From Azolla caroliniana (Eukaryota; Plantae; Polypodiophyta): 64,000 bases of DNA. Of this stretch, positions 14,042 through 28,375 are shown piece by piece (position 1 is the stretch's first letter; each line of letters opens with the position of its first letter). Position numbers and translations under genes: made by a program. The stretch covers positions 18,290,001-18,354,000 of the forward strand of contig JBHGNT010000012.1 of the NCBI GenBank assembly GCA_043228905.1, written 5' to 3'. The notes below the pieces were generated by a model. It saw nothing but the letters and a program-made list of their open reading frames with translations. It had not been told where the DNA came from and did no database searches.

Positions 14042-14049
14042 TATATAAA
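14042..14049 (+). promoter_or_regulatory. Putative TATA box of the ASR gene
   Basis: TATATAAA about 80 bp upstream of the ATG at 14125, followed by a (GA)n tract in the likely 5' UTR. Confidence 0.55.
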
Positions 14050-14071
14050 GGAAGAGAGTGGATCTAGTCCA

Positions 14072-14114
<43 letters not shown>

Positions 14115-14124
14115 AAGTCATTCA

Positions 14125-15582
14125 ATGGCAGAGCATCATGAGCACAAATTAAGTGGTCTCTTCCATCATAAGAAGGAGACGGAGGGGGAGGAGAAGCCTT
14201 GTGATCCGAAAGCCGATGCCAAGAAGCATGGCCACCACCAACACCTTGCCCAAGCAAGTGCCATCCTTAGCAGTGGAGTAGCAATGGTATAAAATAACTT
14301 TCCATCATCTCTTTTACATTGTTGTATCAAAGTTATAAAATTAGAAAAGCCAAGTTTGAGGAATCCTTGGCTTGAGAAACCTTGGTTCGAGAAATTGCTT
14401 CAAGTAAGAGATTTGAGCAATTGTTCTGAGTATGTAAACACTTCATTCAAGGAATGACCTTCTCAATAGTCCAGTCTTTTGTTTATAGCATGACCTCATA
14501 ATGTTAAAAATATCATTATATTGTACTATTGAACTTAACATAAAACCTCCAAAGTCTCTCTTTAATTCATTAACTTGTATATGTATGTTACTCTTGGTAT
14601 AACATTCATACCTCAAAATGTTTTTTTACTATGTTTCAAATTTACTAGCACCTTTCAATACGTTCCATTAACTTTTTACTTATATATTTGATCACAAATA
14701 TTTGGTACAATGAATGGCGTGATTTATTGAGACTTGTCACGTCACCCCCTTATTGCATATCCCAATGAATTTAGATTCCCCTTTCTACTAGGAATTGATA
14801 ACTTAACACCAAAATGTGTACATATATATGTATAGAAGCATAAATACACATATGCATATGCACCTACCTATAAGAATGCAATAGATTGATATACATATGT
14901 ATATTGAAAGATGTGTGCATATGTCTCTTAAAAAATGCTAACATTACAAAGTCATACTCATGCCATGTCCAACAAGCTTATTCAACATCACCATTAACAC
15001 ATGATATGTTGCATAATGTGATAAACACCTTTGAGTTTCTATTTTTTTTGTGTGGATTAGTATTAATGCATTTGATCATTAGCATACATGTATTGAGTCT
15101 ACCATAATACCATTCATTCTACTTAGGAAAGGGTATTTATTAAGTCATCTAAGTCTTTATGTCGTCAATCATTATATGTCAAGTTCTTGTCGATTGAAAG
15201 GTTTAATTAAAGTTGGCATTTAATATTTTCCTTGAGGACACAACCCATCTTTCAATTACCATGAGGCAAGTGTTAAATATTGTTGTTTATTGAGATATAG
15301 GCCTTGTTTTTCACTTGTGTATGATATCTTGTTAAAAAATGTCTAGTTGTACTTGGTTGCTTTTCAAATTCTATGCATTAACTTTGTATGCAATCTTTGT
15401 AGTATGAGAAGCATCAAGCTAAGAAGGACCCTGAGAATACAAATAAACACCATATTGCTGAAAAAATTTCCAGTGCCATAGCTATAGGAAGTGCTGCTTT
15501 TGCTACTCATGAACATCATGATAAGAAAGAAGCAGAGAAAGAGGCTAAGAAAGCAGAGAAAGAAGCTAGGAAAAACCATTAA
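14125..15582 (+). CDS. ASR: ASR / ABA-WDS (abscisic acid, stress, ripening) protein, 113 aa, 2 exons (14125-14286, 15403-15582)
   Basis: Manual translation: exon 1 [54 protein letters not shown]|GT; exon 2 AG|[59 protein letters not shown]. His-rich N-terminus, YEKH..KKDPE..H.H and HEHH motifs, and a single phase-0 GT-AG intron before YEKH, as in known ASR genes. Confidence 0.93.
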
Positions 15583-16559
15583 AATGATTTCATCATCAAA
15601 ACTATTTGCTATCAAATTACATAAAACCCATCCCCTCGACATACATGAGGATGTAATAAAACTAATTTAATCGTAATTTAAGGGATATTTATTTGTTTGT
15701 AGGCCACCTTGCAAGCCAAAATATACACTTTATGTTAATTTTGTTGTTGCTCAACATAAGCCATACACCCACATGTGGTTAGATGATAACCCAATCTAAG
15801 TATATGTGGAGATTTCATCACACGACCCACAAATCTAAGTATACATCTTATTCTATGCTACATTTCAATAAAGGAAAACCTTCAAAAACTATCGTGGATT
15901 TTTTACACGATAACATAACAAGCGCCAATAAAATTTTGGTTTAACTCACACACACAATTCTAGTTTAACTTATGATCATAATAACAATAGTATAAAATTT
16001 GATCCACCAAATTTATGTTCTAGAGAGAAAAACATTAATGGAAGTAGGATGTGGTGTTATCCCATTTACCGCATGGAATGGAACAAGAAAAACTCAAAAA
16101 CTATTCTCAAAGAGACAATTGGGAGAAAATTTCTCCACATCCTAACAAGAAATAGGTGCTCGGTTTAAAAAAAGTGCTAGAATTGAAAAGAGTATAGAAG
16201 TATATTAGAAAAGTCAAGAATATGCCACGTAGATTGTCAAACCTTGCATTGGAGAGAGGATGAATGATATTGAAAGTTAAAAAGAGCAATATACTTTCGA
16301 ATAACCAGTTGTAAGAGATCATAAAATAGTTTATAAAAGATGGGGACTGAAAGATATACTAGGATTTTCAAGTGGTACAATGAAGTATATGATCATCAAT
16401 GAATGAATGGCTAATTAATGGTGCCATTGAGGAAGAAATGGCAAGATGCTATGAAGTCCATAGTGTAAGATTATATTGTAAACATCAACCCTAGAAATGT
16501 TGAATAGTGTATAAAGCAAGAAGTCCAAAATGTATCCCATCTCATCTTATCACTCCCCA

Positions 16560-19500
16560 TTCGCCTTAACTAATGCATAGACCAAATAGAGTTGGTGAGA
16601 TTGTTATAATCCTTGATTAACGCGAATAATGATATTGAAAAAATGCACACAACATATAACCTTCTCATAGATATGGGAAATTGGAAGCATATATTCATTT
16701 GGCGTCCCAAGTTCTCGAGGTACCATATCTAAAGCTTTCTTATGCATTTTGAAGTAGCAAGAAGCCTTCCATTAGCGAAGAGCGATGTTGAGCAAGTTTA
16801 GGGTTGCAAAGAGTGTCCTGAACGCAGCAAATCATTGACGAGCAGGTGTTTCCGAAGACTTCAAGCGAGACAACGATGGCGGGGTTTATGGTTGTAGAGA
16901 GTGCCCCGAACGCAACAGATCGCTACGGAGTTTCCCAACTCCTCATGTGTCAGGTATGTCTCTTCGATTAGGGTGTAAGGTTAGTAGTAGGGCTACACAG
17001 GGACAATGGAACATGGTGGCGAATGAGCCATCAATGGGCAATAAAGCATTTGAAATGGTGGCAACTAAAGTATCGGCGGCAAGGGGGGCGACTGGACGGT
17101 GGGTGGAGTCGAGGTATGCATTGCAAGGGATGAGTAGGAATTGGGAGAAGCAACAAGCTGAGATTTTGGGACAAAGGAAAGCAAGCAACATGTGGAAAGA
17201 CGTAGGGAAACACATTAATGGAGGAATTAGCAAGATATGCAAGGAAGTGTTGAATCAGACAGGTAATGGGGGATTGATGGAAGAGGAGGTTAGGGATCCC
17301 GCTAGCGTATGGCAGTGGCCGTCTTCATAGTTGACTACAAAGAGGGCTCACGAGTGTAGGGAGAGTCGGAGGCTTGGAATAAAGAGGTCGGGAAGCAAGA
17401 GGAGGGGGGGGATCTCCCCAACCTTGCATTATGGCATATGGAGGGGGTGGGAGTAGAAGAGAGCTAGCGGGGACCGCAAGGAGGGTAATCTAAGGGGCTA
17501 GATGTTGTGGAAATGGACACCACGGAGGACATGTTGCAGGTGGAAAATCTTTTGTAGGAGTGTGGTAAGGCGCATAATGCATGCCAGAGAGGAGATTATG
17601 ATAAGCAATTGGAAATGAAGGAGAGCTCTGAGATACTTGATGTTTTTCTGTCCGAGGAAGAAAGTGAAATTCTAAATGCAGAGATTAGAAGGTTAAAGAA
17701 GTGTTCGTTCATTTGCAAACTACTTGGTGGTAGGCCCAGTAGAGGTATAGTTCGTGACATGTTACATGTAGCTCTAATGGATAGGGTCCCACAGATAAAG
17801 AATGTGGATAATATGGGACGAAATTTCTTTCACATTGAAGTTGCTGGGGGGAGTAATGTATCACAAATTATTGATATAAAATTTGTAGAGCTCAAATATG
17901 GAAGAGCTCTCTTGTTGGAATGACATGCTAATTTCAATGTTATGGAAGAAGCCAAGAAAATTGGTAACCCCATGGTGATATCTATGGTATTTCCTAATCT
18001 TCCGCGACAATTATATCCCTTGATGCCAAAGATTGGCACGGTCTGTCCTTTAAAGAAAACCATGGTAGACAGAATCAGAGACTCCCCTAAGATTAGGGTG
18101 CTTGTGCAAAGTTTGTCCACACTCCTCTCTTTAATTAGGGTGCATGATGTGGAGGCAAGACTGATAGATGTGGAAGTGGAATATGCGGGACTACCTGGTC
18201 AATGTTTCTATTGTAAAAAAACAGGTCACATTGCTAAGGAATGCCCTAGGAAGATCAATAGTAACGTAAGGGGGGAGAATATTAAGGGGCCGATAGCTAA
18301 GCAAGAGAAGACAAGGGTGGCAAGACAAAGTACTCTCAATGGGGTTGAGAATGTGAAGGCTAATGCCAACGTCTTGACGCTTGTTTTGGGACACAAAAAT
18401 GGATTGCAACAAGACGGAAACACAACTACACCTCATGTCGATTTGAGAATTCGGTTTGAAGTGTTGCAAGAAGAGGAGGACCTATTACAAGGTCAAAGGA
18501 AAACTAATATGGAAGAGGTGGTAGCGTGCACACCCGATGTCTTACTAAATAGTAATTTAGTACACAACTCAGACAAGAAAATGTCATGAGCTCCCCCTCC
18601 TCAACTGGTAAAAGTGGAAGTATTGGATTGAGAGCAATGAAAGAATGGTAACACAATGGGAGGTGTCAAGAAAGTTCATCCACCACTTTCGAATTTCAGA
18701 AGCTACAAGAGTTGAAACAAGTAAATATGGCAGCAGATGTCAGAGTTTCGGTCAAATTTGTTAGGTCCAAAAGATTAGAAAGGGACACACTTGGCAAGGG
18801 GTGCTGGTTTAGCTAGGAGGCTCTCACAAGACTTATTGATTTGTGTCATGAGGAAGTCCTAGGGCTGAGGGTTTATGTGATTGTTGCTGAACAAAACAAG
18901 TTGTTGAAGGTAGGCTTCTCATTTGACTTGACGGACCTAGAGGTTTCGGCTAGCAACATGGCACGGATCTCCAGCTCCATAGAAGTCAAGGAGCACAAAT
19001 ACTTTAACAGCTTGCCAATCACCTCGAGTGGGGATAAGTGGATGTCGATGTGGATGAATGCTGGAATGATATGTGGGAGTTTCAATGATGCTTGCATTAA
19101 AAAGTAGCTACTACTATGCCTAGAGGAGAGGGTAGACTCCCTCGATGAGGTGTTACACTTCCATGAGGAGGAACTAGAAGAAGATACAAGGCAGGATGTG
19201 GTGTTAGGATGGGAGAGGATCAACGAGGGAGGTTGGGCATGGAATTAGGGGGAGGGACTATCTCCTTCTTGGGAGACTTCACAATTGATTTCACGAAATT
19301 ATTAATCACATGGAACATACAAGGTCTTGGTGGTAGCAAATGCATGATGGAAAAGAAGAACTCCCGTGCTTTAAGGGGATCTTGGATATTTTGCTCTTGC
19401 AAGAGCATCATTTGAGTGCGAACAGAATCTTGAGTATTGTTTGTTATGCTTCGCATGATATAGTGGCACACATTTATGCCTTAATTCTTTTAATACATCT

Positions 19501-22500
19501 AGTTTGATGGTAGAAAAGGAGGTGTTTGTACATCTATCCAGAACAATCCGGATATTGTTGTTGTGGGCCAGGACAACATAGCGGAGGGATGTGCCATTTA
19601 TGTGACTGTTAGATGGCATCAATGTATAGTCGGGATAATAAATGTGTATGTGCCTAATTTGTTAGCGTTGCGGGCCTTTTTTTGGAGGTAATTGGCTGAT
19701 GGGCTACCAGGATGCGTGGATCCTTGCAGGGGATTTTAACATGACTTTGCACACAAAGGACAAGGTGGGTGGCATGCATATGCCGATTAGGAGTGAAAGA
19801 TGTTTGGTCTGTACTAAAAAAGCCTTGGAGTTCACAAAGCTTTTCAAGAGGAGGCTGCAATATAAATGGCTTTTGAATGTCTCACATAGACAAAATATAC
19901 ATAAGGTCAGAACTAGAAAAATATGGTAACAATGTTGAAATCATCGCTGGATCAACTTACTTTGATCATATGTCGGTTAAGATTACGTTAGTCAACCAGA
20001 GGATGCCAGAAAGGGACTACAACCTGAGGATCAACAGTAAGCTTTTTGCGGATGCGTACGTGGGAAGGAAGATAAGGAGCATATGGGCAAGTAATCCAAC
20101 TAGTTGTGGTGCACTTGATAAACTTAGAGGGAAGATTATTGAAACTTCAATGTATTTGCACGTGGAGACCAAAAATAGAATTGTGAGGTCTAAGGAAAGA
20201 GAAGTGGGATTAAGAAGATCGATAACAATTGCCCAAAGAATGCTTCAGAAAGATCCCATGTGTCACTGGTCTAGAGCAGGTCTTGAGGCTGCTAGAGAAA
20301 TGCTACAACGGTTGATTGTGTCTAGAAACATGATGTTATTCAAGAGTTGAGCGGCATGGTGGAGCAAGAATGGGGATAAGGTAAATCAACAATTTTTTAA
20401 GTATAAAAAGCCAAGATCAAACTGTAGCTACAATCCTAAGCTGATTAAGGAGGATGGATCAATGTCAGAGGATGAATCGGAGATCATGGAGGTGGTCACA
20501 ACTCACTATCTCTCATACAGTTATTGTATCCCCGAACAACCTAATATGACAGAACTTGTATTGGAGGGAATGCAACAAAGAATTTTAGAGGTTGCACGAG
20601 TTAATTTGTCAAAACCACTCTTGGAAGAGGTGTCAGATGGTTTGGCGGGTATATGTAGAATGTCTTGTTCAGGCATCGACAGATTATCAAGAGATTTTTT
20701 TGAGTTTTTTTAGGAAGTGATTAAGATTGACTTGGTTGATGGTCTTAATGAGGCATAGGATGTTGGATGCTTACTTGAGCATTTTAAAGAGGGGTTGGTA
20801 TTTCTAATTCCTAAGGTACATGGTTTAATAGCTAATGCAAGGCAATGGAGACCGATTACGTTGCTCAACACAATGTATAAGATTTTTGCCAATATTCTGG
20901 CCAGGAGGGTCAAACCCCACTTGCATGCACTAATTAATGTTGGACAAACAAGATTCATGGAAAATAGATACATAATTGATAATGTGTTGACCTTTTGGGA
21001 GGCAATTGCCTTGGCAACGCAAACCAATCAACATATTGCATGTCTCATGCTTGACTTCGAGAAGGCGTATGAAAGAGTGCAATGTACTTTTTTAGATAAA
21101 GTTATGGAGAGGTTGGGACTAACCTCAAAATGTAGATCGGCTGCGCTAGCCCTTTACAAAGGAAGTTTGAGTAGGGTGCTGGTGTTAGGGCATCGGGGCC
21201 CACCAATTCCATTATGCAGGTTTGTCAGGCAAGGGTGCCCGTTGGCCCACTACCTTTATTTATTTATTGTAGAGGCATTCTCTTTCTTTTTAAACAAACC
21301 AAATGCAAGAATAAGGGGATTAGTTGTCCTACATGCGAGCAAGGAGTTGTTGGACTTAGCATATGTAGATGACACTATGCTTTATCTACAAGGCAGTGAT
21401 GCTAATTTACAACAAGCCAAAAGACGGATTGAGTTGTTTTGTAATAGGAGGGAAAATCAATTGGAACAAAAGCAGAGGATTCTGGGTAAGTCCAAACCCA
21501 TGGCCTTCTTGGTGGCCTAATGCTGATTTTCAGTGGGTTCCCAATGAAATGGTTGTTAAATATTTGGGTTTTTTGGTGGGAGTTGAGACACCTAAAAACC
21601 AACAACTTGAGCAAGTGAAAGACAAAATGAGAAAAAAGCTTCGGTTATGGGCATCAATAAAGCTTTCTCTTGCAGGTAGGGTGGTCGTGGTAAACCACAT
21701 TTTGTTAGCCACCATGTGGCACTCGGGGGTTTGCTGGATCTTAGACAAAGCTTGCATAAAAAACATTAAAGCAATGGTGAGAGGGTTCTTATGGTCGGGT
21801 TAAGACCATGAGACGACATCAGCTAAAGTGGCGTGAAGTTGTTTGATCAAGGCGAAATGCCAGGGTGGACTTGGGTTGGTGGATCCAGTTCATCAAAGAA
21901 AGGCTTTACTCGGTAGGCTACTGGTGCGAAGTTTACAACTTGGACCTGAATTGTGGAAGATGCTTCTTAGGGACAGAGTTGACCTTTGGTGTCCGAGGAA
22001 TGACAGCCCTTCGAAGGCAAAGATGTGGTTTTTGTTTAGTTTAGATCTAAAGTCGAAGGAACCGGTTAGCATGGAGGACAGGGTGGCCCGTGCCATAATG
22101 ATGGCCTGGTCAACTGTAAGAGAAGGGTTGGTCTTAATGCAACTGAAAATGTTGGAGGAACAACGCTAACAACCGCTGTTTTGGAACCCCAGGATTAGAT
22201 GTGGAGACGGTATGATGCTTGGACAGAAAAAATATTTGCCATGGGGGCACATGTTAGGGTACAATGTAAGTTCAGTAAGAGATTGGGGGGTTTTTAGAAT
22301 GAAGAGGAGCGAGGGTCAGACTGGTAGCATTACGGGTAGGCTAGAAAAGGTGACCCAACTGATAGATAAGGCTGTTGATGGTCTACAAATGTAGAATGAG
22401 GAAGAGGGGGTTTGTTCTGGGTGGTTTGTAGGTGAGGGTGATGAACAAATTAACTGTGGCAAGTGCCCATCTAATGAGTATCACTTGTGGGGAAGCCTAA

Positions 22501-24560
22501 GTGCTTTGTCCGACAATGGCTGGTGGTTGGTAGTGTGGGTGGTAGTGTTGGAAGGTAAGGTGTGGCAAGTGAACCCGAACCCAGGGAAATTGGATAATGA
22601 TTGTAAACTATGGCTATATGACAACAAGCCCCTATGTGATTTGGAGTGGGATCCATTAGAGGTATGGTGGCAGAAATCGAGAACGAACAAACTGGAGGGG
22701 TTTTTTTAGTATAGTACTAAGCTAGGAAGGCAAATCATTGGCTCCAAATCAGTGGGTGTTGCTTAGACTCGCAATAGTTGGAGGGATAAAGCCATATCAG
22801 ATAACTTGTTGAAGTTGTTTTGGAGGAGACTATGGGCGTTGGATATGCCAGAAAAAATAAAGGTTTGGTTTTGGCTTCTTAGCCATAAGAAGATACTTGT
22901 AGGGGAGTGGATGAGGTGTCGTACTGGGGAGGTTGGTTGTTAGTTATGTGGACACTCTTTGGAATCGATACGCGATTGTTTTGGAATTATGGAGAGGCAA
23001 TCACCATTTGGGGTAGAAGTCTTAGGATAGTGACAACATGTGGTGTGAATGAGAGAGTTGTGTGGGGGTCCTTACATGGTTTGAAGCTAACAGGGGAAGG
23101 TTGGGTGGAACAGTTTAGGGTTTAGGGTGAGGTATTGCTAAATATTTGGTTCGAACTGGTATCTTGTTTGCACGGATGATATGACTCGATTGAAGGGAAC
23201 TTGGATGAAGCAGAAAGGGTACGGTCAAAGTTTCTGCTGAAATGGGGTGGTTCTCCTATGATGGTAAAATCATCATTAGGGCCTAAATGGAACTACCAAA
23301 CATTGAGATGGTTGTTTCAGCCAATGGCTTCCATTAGTGGATAGGAGATGTAAATATGTATAGCTGCGGTACAAGTAAGTTACCATGTAAAAAGAGTCGG
23401 TGGGATACTTTTGGTGTAAATGACGGGGTGGGGATTATGATTAGTTTTGTGTGGAGAAGTGTGAGTTTTGCTGAATATGGTTGAACTTTGATGCACTTCG
23501 TTTGCTAATTAATGTGAAGTAGTGTTTTTTTGGAAAAGAAGAAGCTTTCTTAAAGCCTATTAAGTGGCAATAGTTGAAGGGAGATAAGGTGATCGATGGT
23601 GCTATTATGTTTTTGAAAGCCAACTTGTTCATAAGCTCTCTTACTAGTTTTTTTCCGCCCATGCACTTACCTTTGATTCCATAATGCATCTAAATAGTTT
23701 GGTCATTAGCGAGCCGACCATGATGGTTCAATTGTGGTTTACATTATTTACACCTCCACATTTGTGCAAAGGTTTAATCCAAATCGTAGTGCATGCCATG
23801 TTGCAATGCATGATTAAACACATTAGTTATCCATATATATGCTTCATTTCCCATCCATTTGTTCATTTTAGCCTTTATGCATTGAAGATCATTTGGCTTT
23901 CAAGTGGTCAATTTGAATACATATCAATACATCTTCAATCGTAGAAAAGAGAGGTGTATGTGAAAGAGAACCATAACAAATTATCCTTGCAGCAATTGAA
24001 AGCTCATATTGATTCTTAAAATGAATAGACAGGTCCATTGGAGTTAAGTCACCATAACTCTCAACATGTTTCCCCTTTAGATTTCCCAAACTTTAGCACA
24101 TGCATATGCTTTCTCTTGCATTTGGAGAAATTGTTTAATAACTTCCCATATTATCCTCTTTCTTTCAGTAAGTCTATTGTACTCATTCAAATACTTTTGA
24201 TAGATTTTCTTATCCTTGAACACAATGACACTGTGTGGCACTTTCAAGGTTGGACTCTTTATCAAAACATTTTTTCTTTGAACTACATTTCTTGATGTGT
24301 TTCCAAGATGTGTGCTTGGCCAATAAGCATTTGTTTGTGCATGAGAAAATGACTTTCTTAAAAGCTTCTCATTTGCATTTTTGGGTGGATCCATGTTGTA
24401 TCTTTGTCATCTGTAACATATCGTCAACTATCTTGGAATACATGGACGCTCTTTTAAGGTTCATTCTTAAATCAAGGATTGTTTATCACCTTTATTGTCC
24501 TTCTCACAAATCAAACCTATTGTGGAGAAGGATATGTTGCTTTGTATCATCTGTCATTGT
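16560..24560 (-). mobile_element. Decayed RTEX/CR1-like LINE split by the L1 insertion (pieces ~16560-16742 and 23553-~24560)
   Basis: Minus strand reads QVGFQKHNSTIDHL...FK|KALDMVPRE...YEKVICCV...SPTLFGLCI across the L1 TSD (RT motifs DFxKAFD and QGxPLSPxLF); 23700-24450 resembles 25570-25870 and 31750-32250. Confidence 0.75.
16743..23541 (+). mobile_element. Apparently full-length, degenerate L1-clade LINE (~6.8 kb) with 11-bp TSD
   Basis: ORF1 remnants 17609-18589 with zinc knuckle CFYCKKTGHIAKEC; ORF2 endonuclease start ITWNIQGLGG (~19300), AGDFN, RT motifs WRPITLLN, LDFEKAY, RQGCPL, AYVDD, KYLG; zf-RVT region ~22850-23050; A-rich tail; TSD AAGCTTTCTTA at 16732-16742 and 23542-23552. Many stops and frameshifts. 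Confidence 0.92.
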
Positions 24561-25870
24561 GCATACAATAGACCTTTCTCTAGAATGAGCAACACCATGT
24601 TTCCCAACTCAGTGTGCCCCATATACATTCACATACGACATACCATAATGCATACTAAATAATTCATTGATGGCCTTTGCGAGGGATGCAGGTGTTTCCA
24701 TACTCTCATCATTAATCCCAAAGATGACAAAGTTCTTTGGTTGTCATTCAAGCTCTTTCAAATCTAGGACATCTAGATGGTTTCTACATTCTTGAGTTGA
24801 TTCATCACATGTATAATAGAAGAAATTGATACCACATCCTCACCACATACATCAACCCATGACTTTGTTGTGCATACATTTTTCATCTCATTTGTATCCA
24901 TTTTTTCCCCTTTTTATCAATCTTGTTAAGGTGCTCATTTGTTTTGAATGAAACTTTTTTACATTTTTGAATCGCTTCTTCAAGTTTTGCAACTATTTTC
25001 TTAAGACCTTCATTCTCAGTAATAATAATTTGTAGCTTAATATTCTCCTTCATTAGTGTCCTAATCTCTTCAAATTACTTGTTTATGGTTTCTTGAAGAT
25101 TACATTTCACATCATACATGTGAAAGTGATAACAACTCTCAATGTTCAAGAACTTTACGGTCAATGAATGTTGCAATAGAGAGTGCACATTGTGGTTTTG
25201 AGAGGAATTCGTGCAAGGATTGGGCTTTGTTGAAGATGTGTGGAAAGCATGGCCGAAATGATCAAAGGAAGAGCATTATATCAAAGTGTGATACTCAGAC
25301 GCTCGAACTTGTTTAGGGCAAAGTCTGCATAGTTGACCACCCTCATCACTTGTGCCCCAACGCCCCATTTCACATTGCAATTCATGTGAGGAAAGTCGCA
25401 TGGAAGCAATGCTTTGAATGGGAGACAACAAGATGGGCTCTAACATGTATCGTTGTGTACGGTTTCCCCGTTCCGTGAAGAATATGGTTTTGTAGTTAGG
25501 TGCAAGATGTTGTAGTATAATGTCTGAAGCGTGATCCTCCACATTTGTCCTTTTCAGCCCATTCACTTAATATCTATTTATCCATTATACATCCAAATAG
25601 TTTTGCCGTTAGTGAGCCAACCATGATGGTTTGATAATTGTTCACATTATTTACTTCTCCACCTTTATGTAAAAGTTTGATCTAATTTGTAGTCCAATCG
25701 TATGACATACCAAGTTGCAATGCATGATTAAACATATCGCTTATCCATACATGTGCTTCCTTTCATGTCCATTTAAACATTTCAGCTTTTATACATTGAA
25801 GATTGCTTGCCTTTCGAGAGGCCAATTTCTTAAGTCCTATGCATACATCTTCAATTGTAAAGAATGGACA

Positions 25871-26205
25871 TGTGTGTGTATGTGATGTGTATGAGATGTG
25901 TATGAGAGAAGAGACAATAGACACATGATAGACAGAAAATAGAAATGATATATTTCCCAAGAAAATGACTGGTAACCAACATTACAATGGGAGAGAGGAG
26001 GGTGCTTATAAGGTTACCCTCTTTCTATAATCTCTAACTAAAAAGGCCTTCTTGGGAAAGGGGAGAAACCTTAACTAACTCTTTAACTATGTGTCATAGA
26101 ACTTATATTCTATGACATATTAGTTATTGTTACAAGGTGGTGGTGTGCTCAGAGACATCACCTACTCAAGTGTGTTCACACTCTAGTTGAGTTTGATTCT
26201 CAGCA
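25871..26205 (-). repeat. 3' LTR of the copia element (outer end apparently clipped)
   Basis: Direct repeat of ~31376-31698 with scattered mismatches; ends ...GATTCTCAGCA next to a degenerate PPT. Confidence 0.85.
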
Positions 26206-28375
26206 TGCTCTTTCAAGGTCAACTTGGTGTAAGTTGGCTTTTGGTTTTGCTTCGGCTTCACGCGACTTTCGGCTCACTAGTGTCGGTTGTGTCCGGATTT
26301 CGGCTTCGGTGGTGTCTGATTTTCGTCCGGCTTGGTTAGTGTTCAGCTCTTCTGGTGTCGGCTGTGTCCAGCTTTCGGCTTCGGCTTTGGTGGTGTTTGA
26401 TTTTTGTCAGACTTGGTTGGTGTTCAGCTCCCGGCTTCACTCCCCCGCAAGCTTGGCAACTTGGAAGTCAAAACACCAAACTGCATTGAGAATTGCCAAA
26501 TCTTGTCGGCTTCTAGGGCTTTTGTGAAAATGTCGGCCGTCTGAAGATTTGTGCTGATGTGTTGAAGGTCGACATCGCTCGAAGGACATGTTCTCGGATG
26601 AAGTGGTAGTGCACCTCGATGTGCTTTGTTCGAGCATGGAAATTTGGGTTTGAGCAAGATGTATATTGTTGAGATTGTCACAATATATTAAGATTGGATT
26701 GTTGATGAAGATGTTCAGATCCCTCAAAATCCTCTTGAGCCATGCACCTTTACATGCAACCACGACCATGCCCCTATATTCGGCCTCTATGCTCGATAGT
26801 GCAACGGTCATCTGCTTCTTGCTGCTCCATGATATGGCCCCACTTCCTAGAGAGAAGACGAACCCTGAGGTTGCGCGACAGTTGGCTTTGTAACCGGCCT
26901 TTGAGTCGAATTGACAATGCTAACTTGTAGAGGATGCCGCAATCCATAGTGCAACTCACATATCGTAACACTCGCTTAGCACAATTGAGATGAATATCAC
27001 ATGGTGTTTGCATGAATTGGCTAAGGAGGCCGACCAGATAGCTGAGGTCAGATCGGGTGATAGTGAGGTAGATTAGACTACCTATAAGTTGTTGGTACTC
27101 TGTCGACTCGCACTCAATGACTCAAGGATGTAGTGTTGTTGGAAGATCATGATACCATCTAGAGTCTAAATTACTTCAATACCCATGAAGTAGTGTGGTT
27201 CTTTCATGTCCTTCATCTCGAATTTGTTGGAGAGGAGCATCTTGACATGGTTAATGTCGGTCATGTGATCTCCTCCAATCACCAAGTCATCGACATATAT
27301 GATGATGAATATTTGACCACTTGAGTCGCTTTGGATGAAGAGGGAATTGTCGAATTTGGATATCTGAAAGCCAATTCAATGAAGATATTGAGTTATCTTC
27401 GAATGTCAAGCCCGTGGCACTTGCTTAAGGCTATGGAGAGGCTTCTTGAGTTGGCATACCGCATGTGAGTGTGTCATGTGTGCTTGACTTGAATCTGGGT
27501 GGTTGCACCGTGTACACCTCCTCTTCTAGCTCGCCTTGGAGGAACTCATTCTTCACATTCATTTGATGGATATGCCATCCTTTCATCGCTATGAGTGCAA
27601 TTACGGTCCAAATGGCCGTTATCTTTACCACCAGGACAAAGGTCTCCTCATAGTCAACATTGTGTGTCTATGCGTAGCCTTTTGCTATAAGTCGGGTTTT
27701 GTGGCGGTTGACCTAGCTATCAACATCGTATTTCACTTTGTATATCCATTTGCAACCAATTGCTTTCTTGGGTGGTGAGTAGGGAACAAGGTCCCATGTT
27801 TTTTTCTTATTGAGCGCTTGCATTTCTTCATTCATCACTTCGATCCATCGTGGATCTCGAGCGGCTTCGGCAAAGCTTTTCGGCTCTCGCACAGTTACCA
27901 CCTTCACCATAAAAGCACATCGTCCTCTGAGTTTATGTCCACCTCATCCACAATTGGTTCAAATAGAATTGAGTCGGGTTCATACCATGATGCTGATTCA
28001 TCTAATACAATGTCTCGACTCACACAAACCTTTTGGGCAGAGGGGTTGAAGCAGTTGTACCCCTTTTGCTCAAGTGAGTACCCTACAAGAATGCACTTCT
28101 CCAATTGCAGATCAAGCTTTTGCCTTTTCTCATTGGGAATGTGCACAAATGCAATATTGCCGAATATCTTTAGGTGAGATAAGTTCGACTTTCTTCCATT
28201 GTACTTGTCGTGTGGGGTGACGTCATGTATACCAGATATTGTGCACTAGTTCATCAAGTAGATGGTTGTGCATGCTACTTCAGCCCAGTATGACTTCGAC
28301 ATATGCTTTTCATTCAGCATGGCCCTTGCAACCTCAAGTATGTTCCGATTCTTCCTTTTGGCTACTCCGTTGTCA

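Noticed and set aside
13979-15642. Minus-strand ORFs 13979-14257 and 15364-15642
   Set aside because: Antisense shadows of the two ASR exons.
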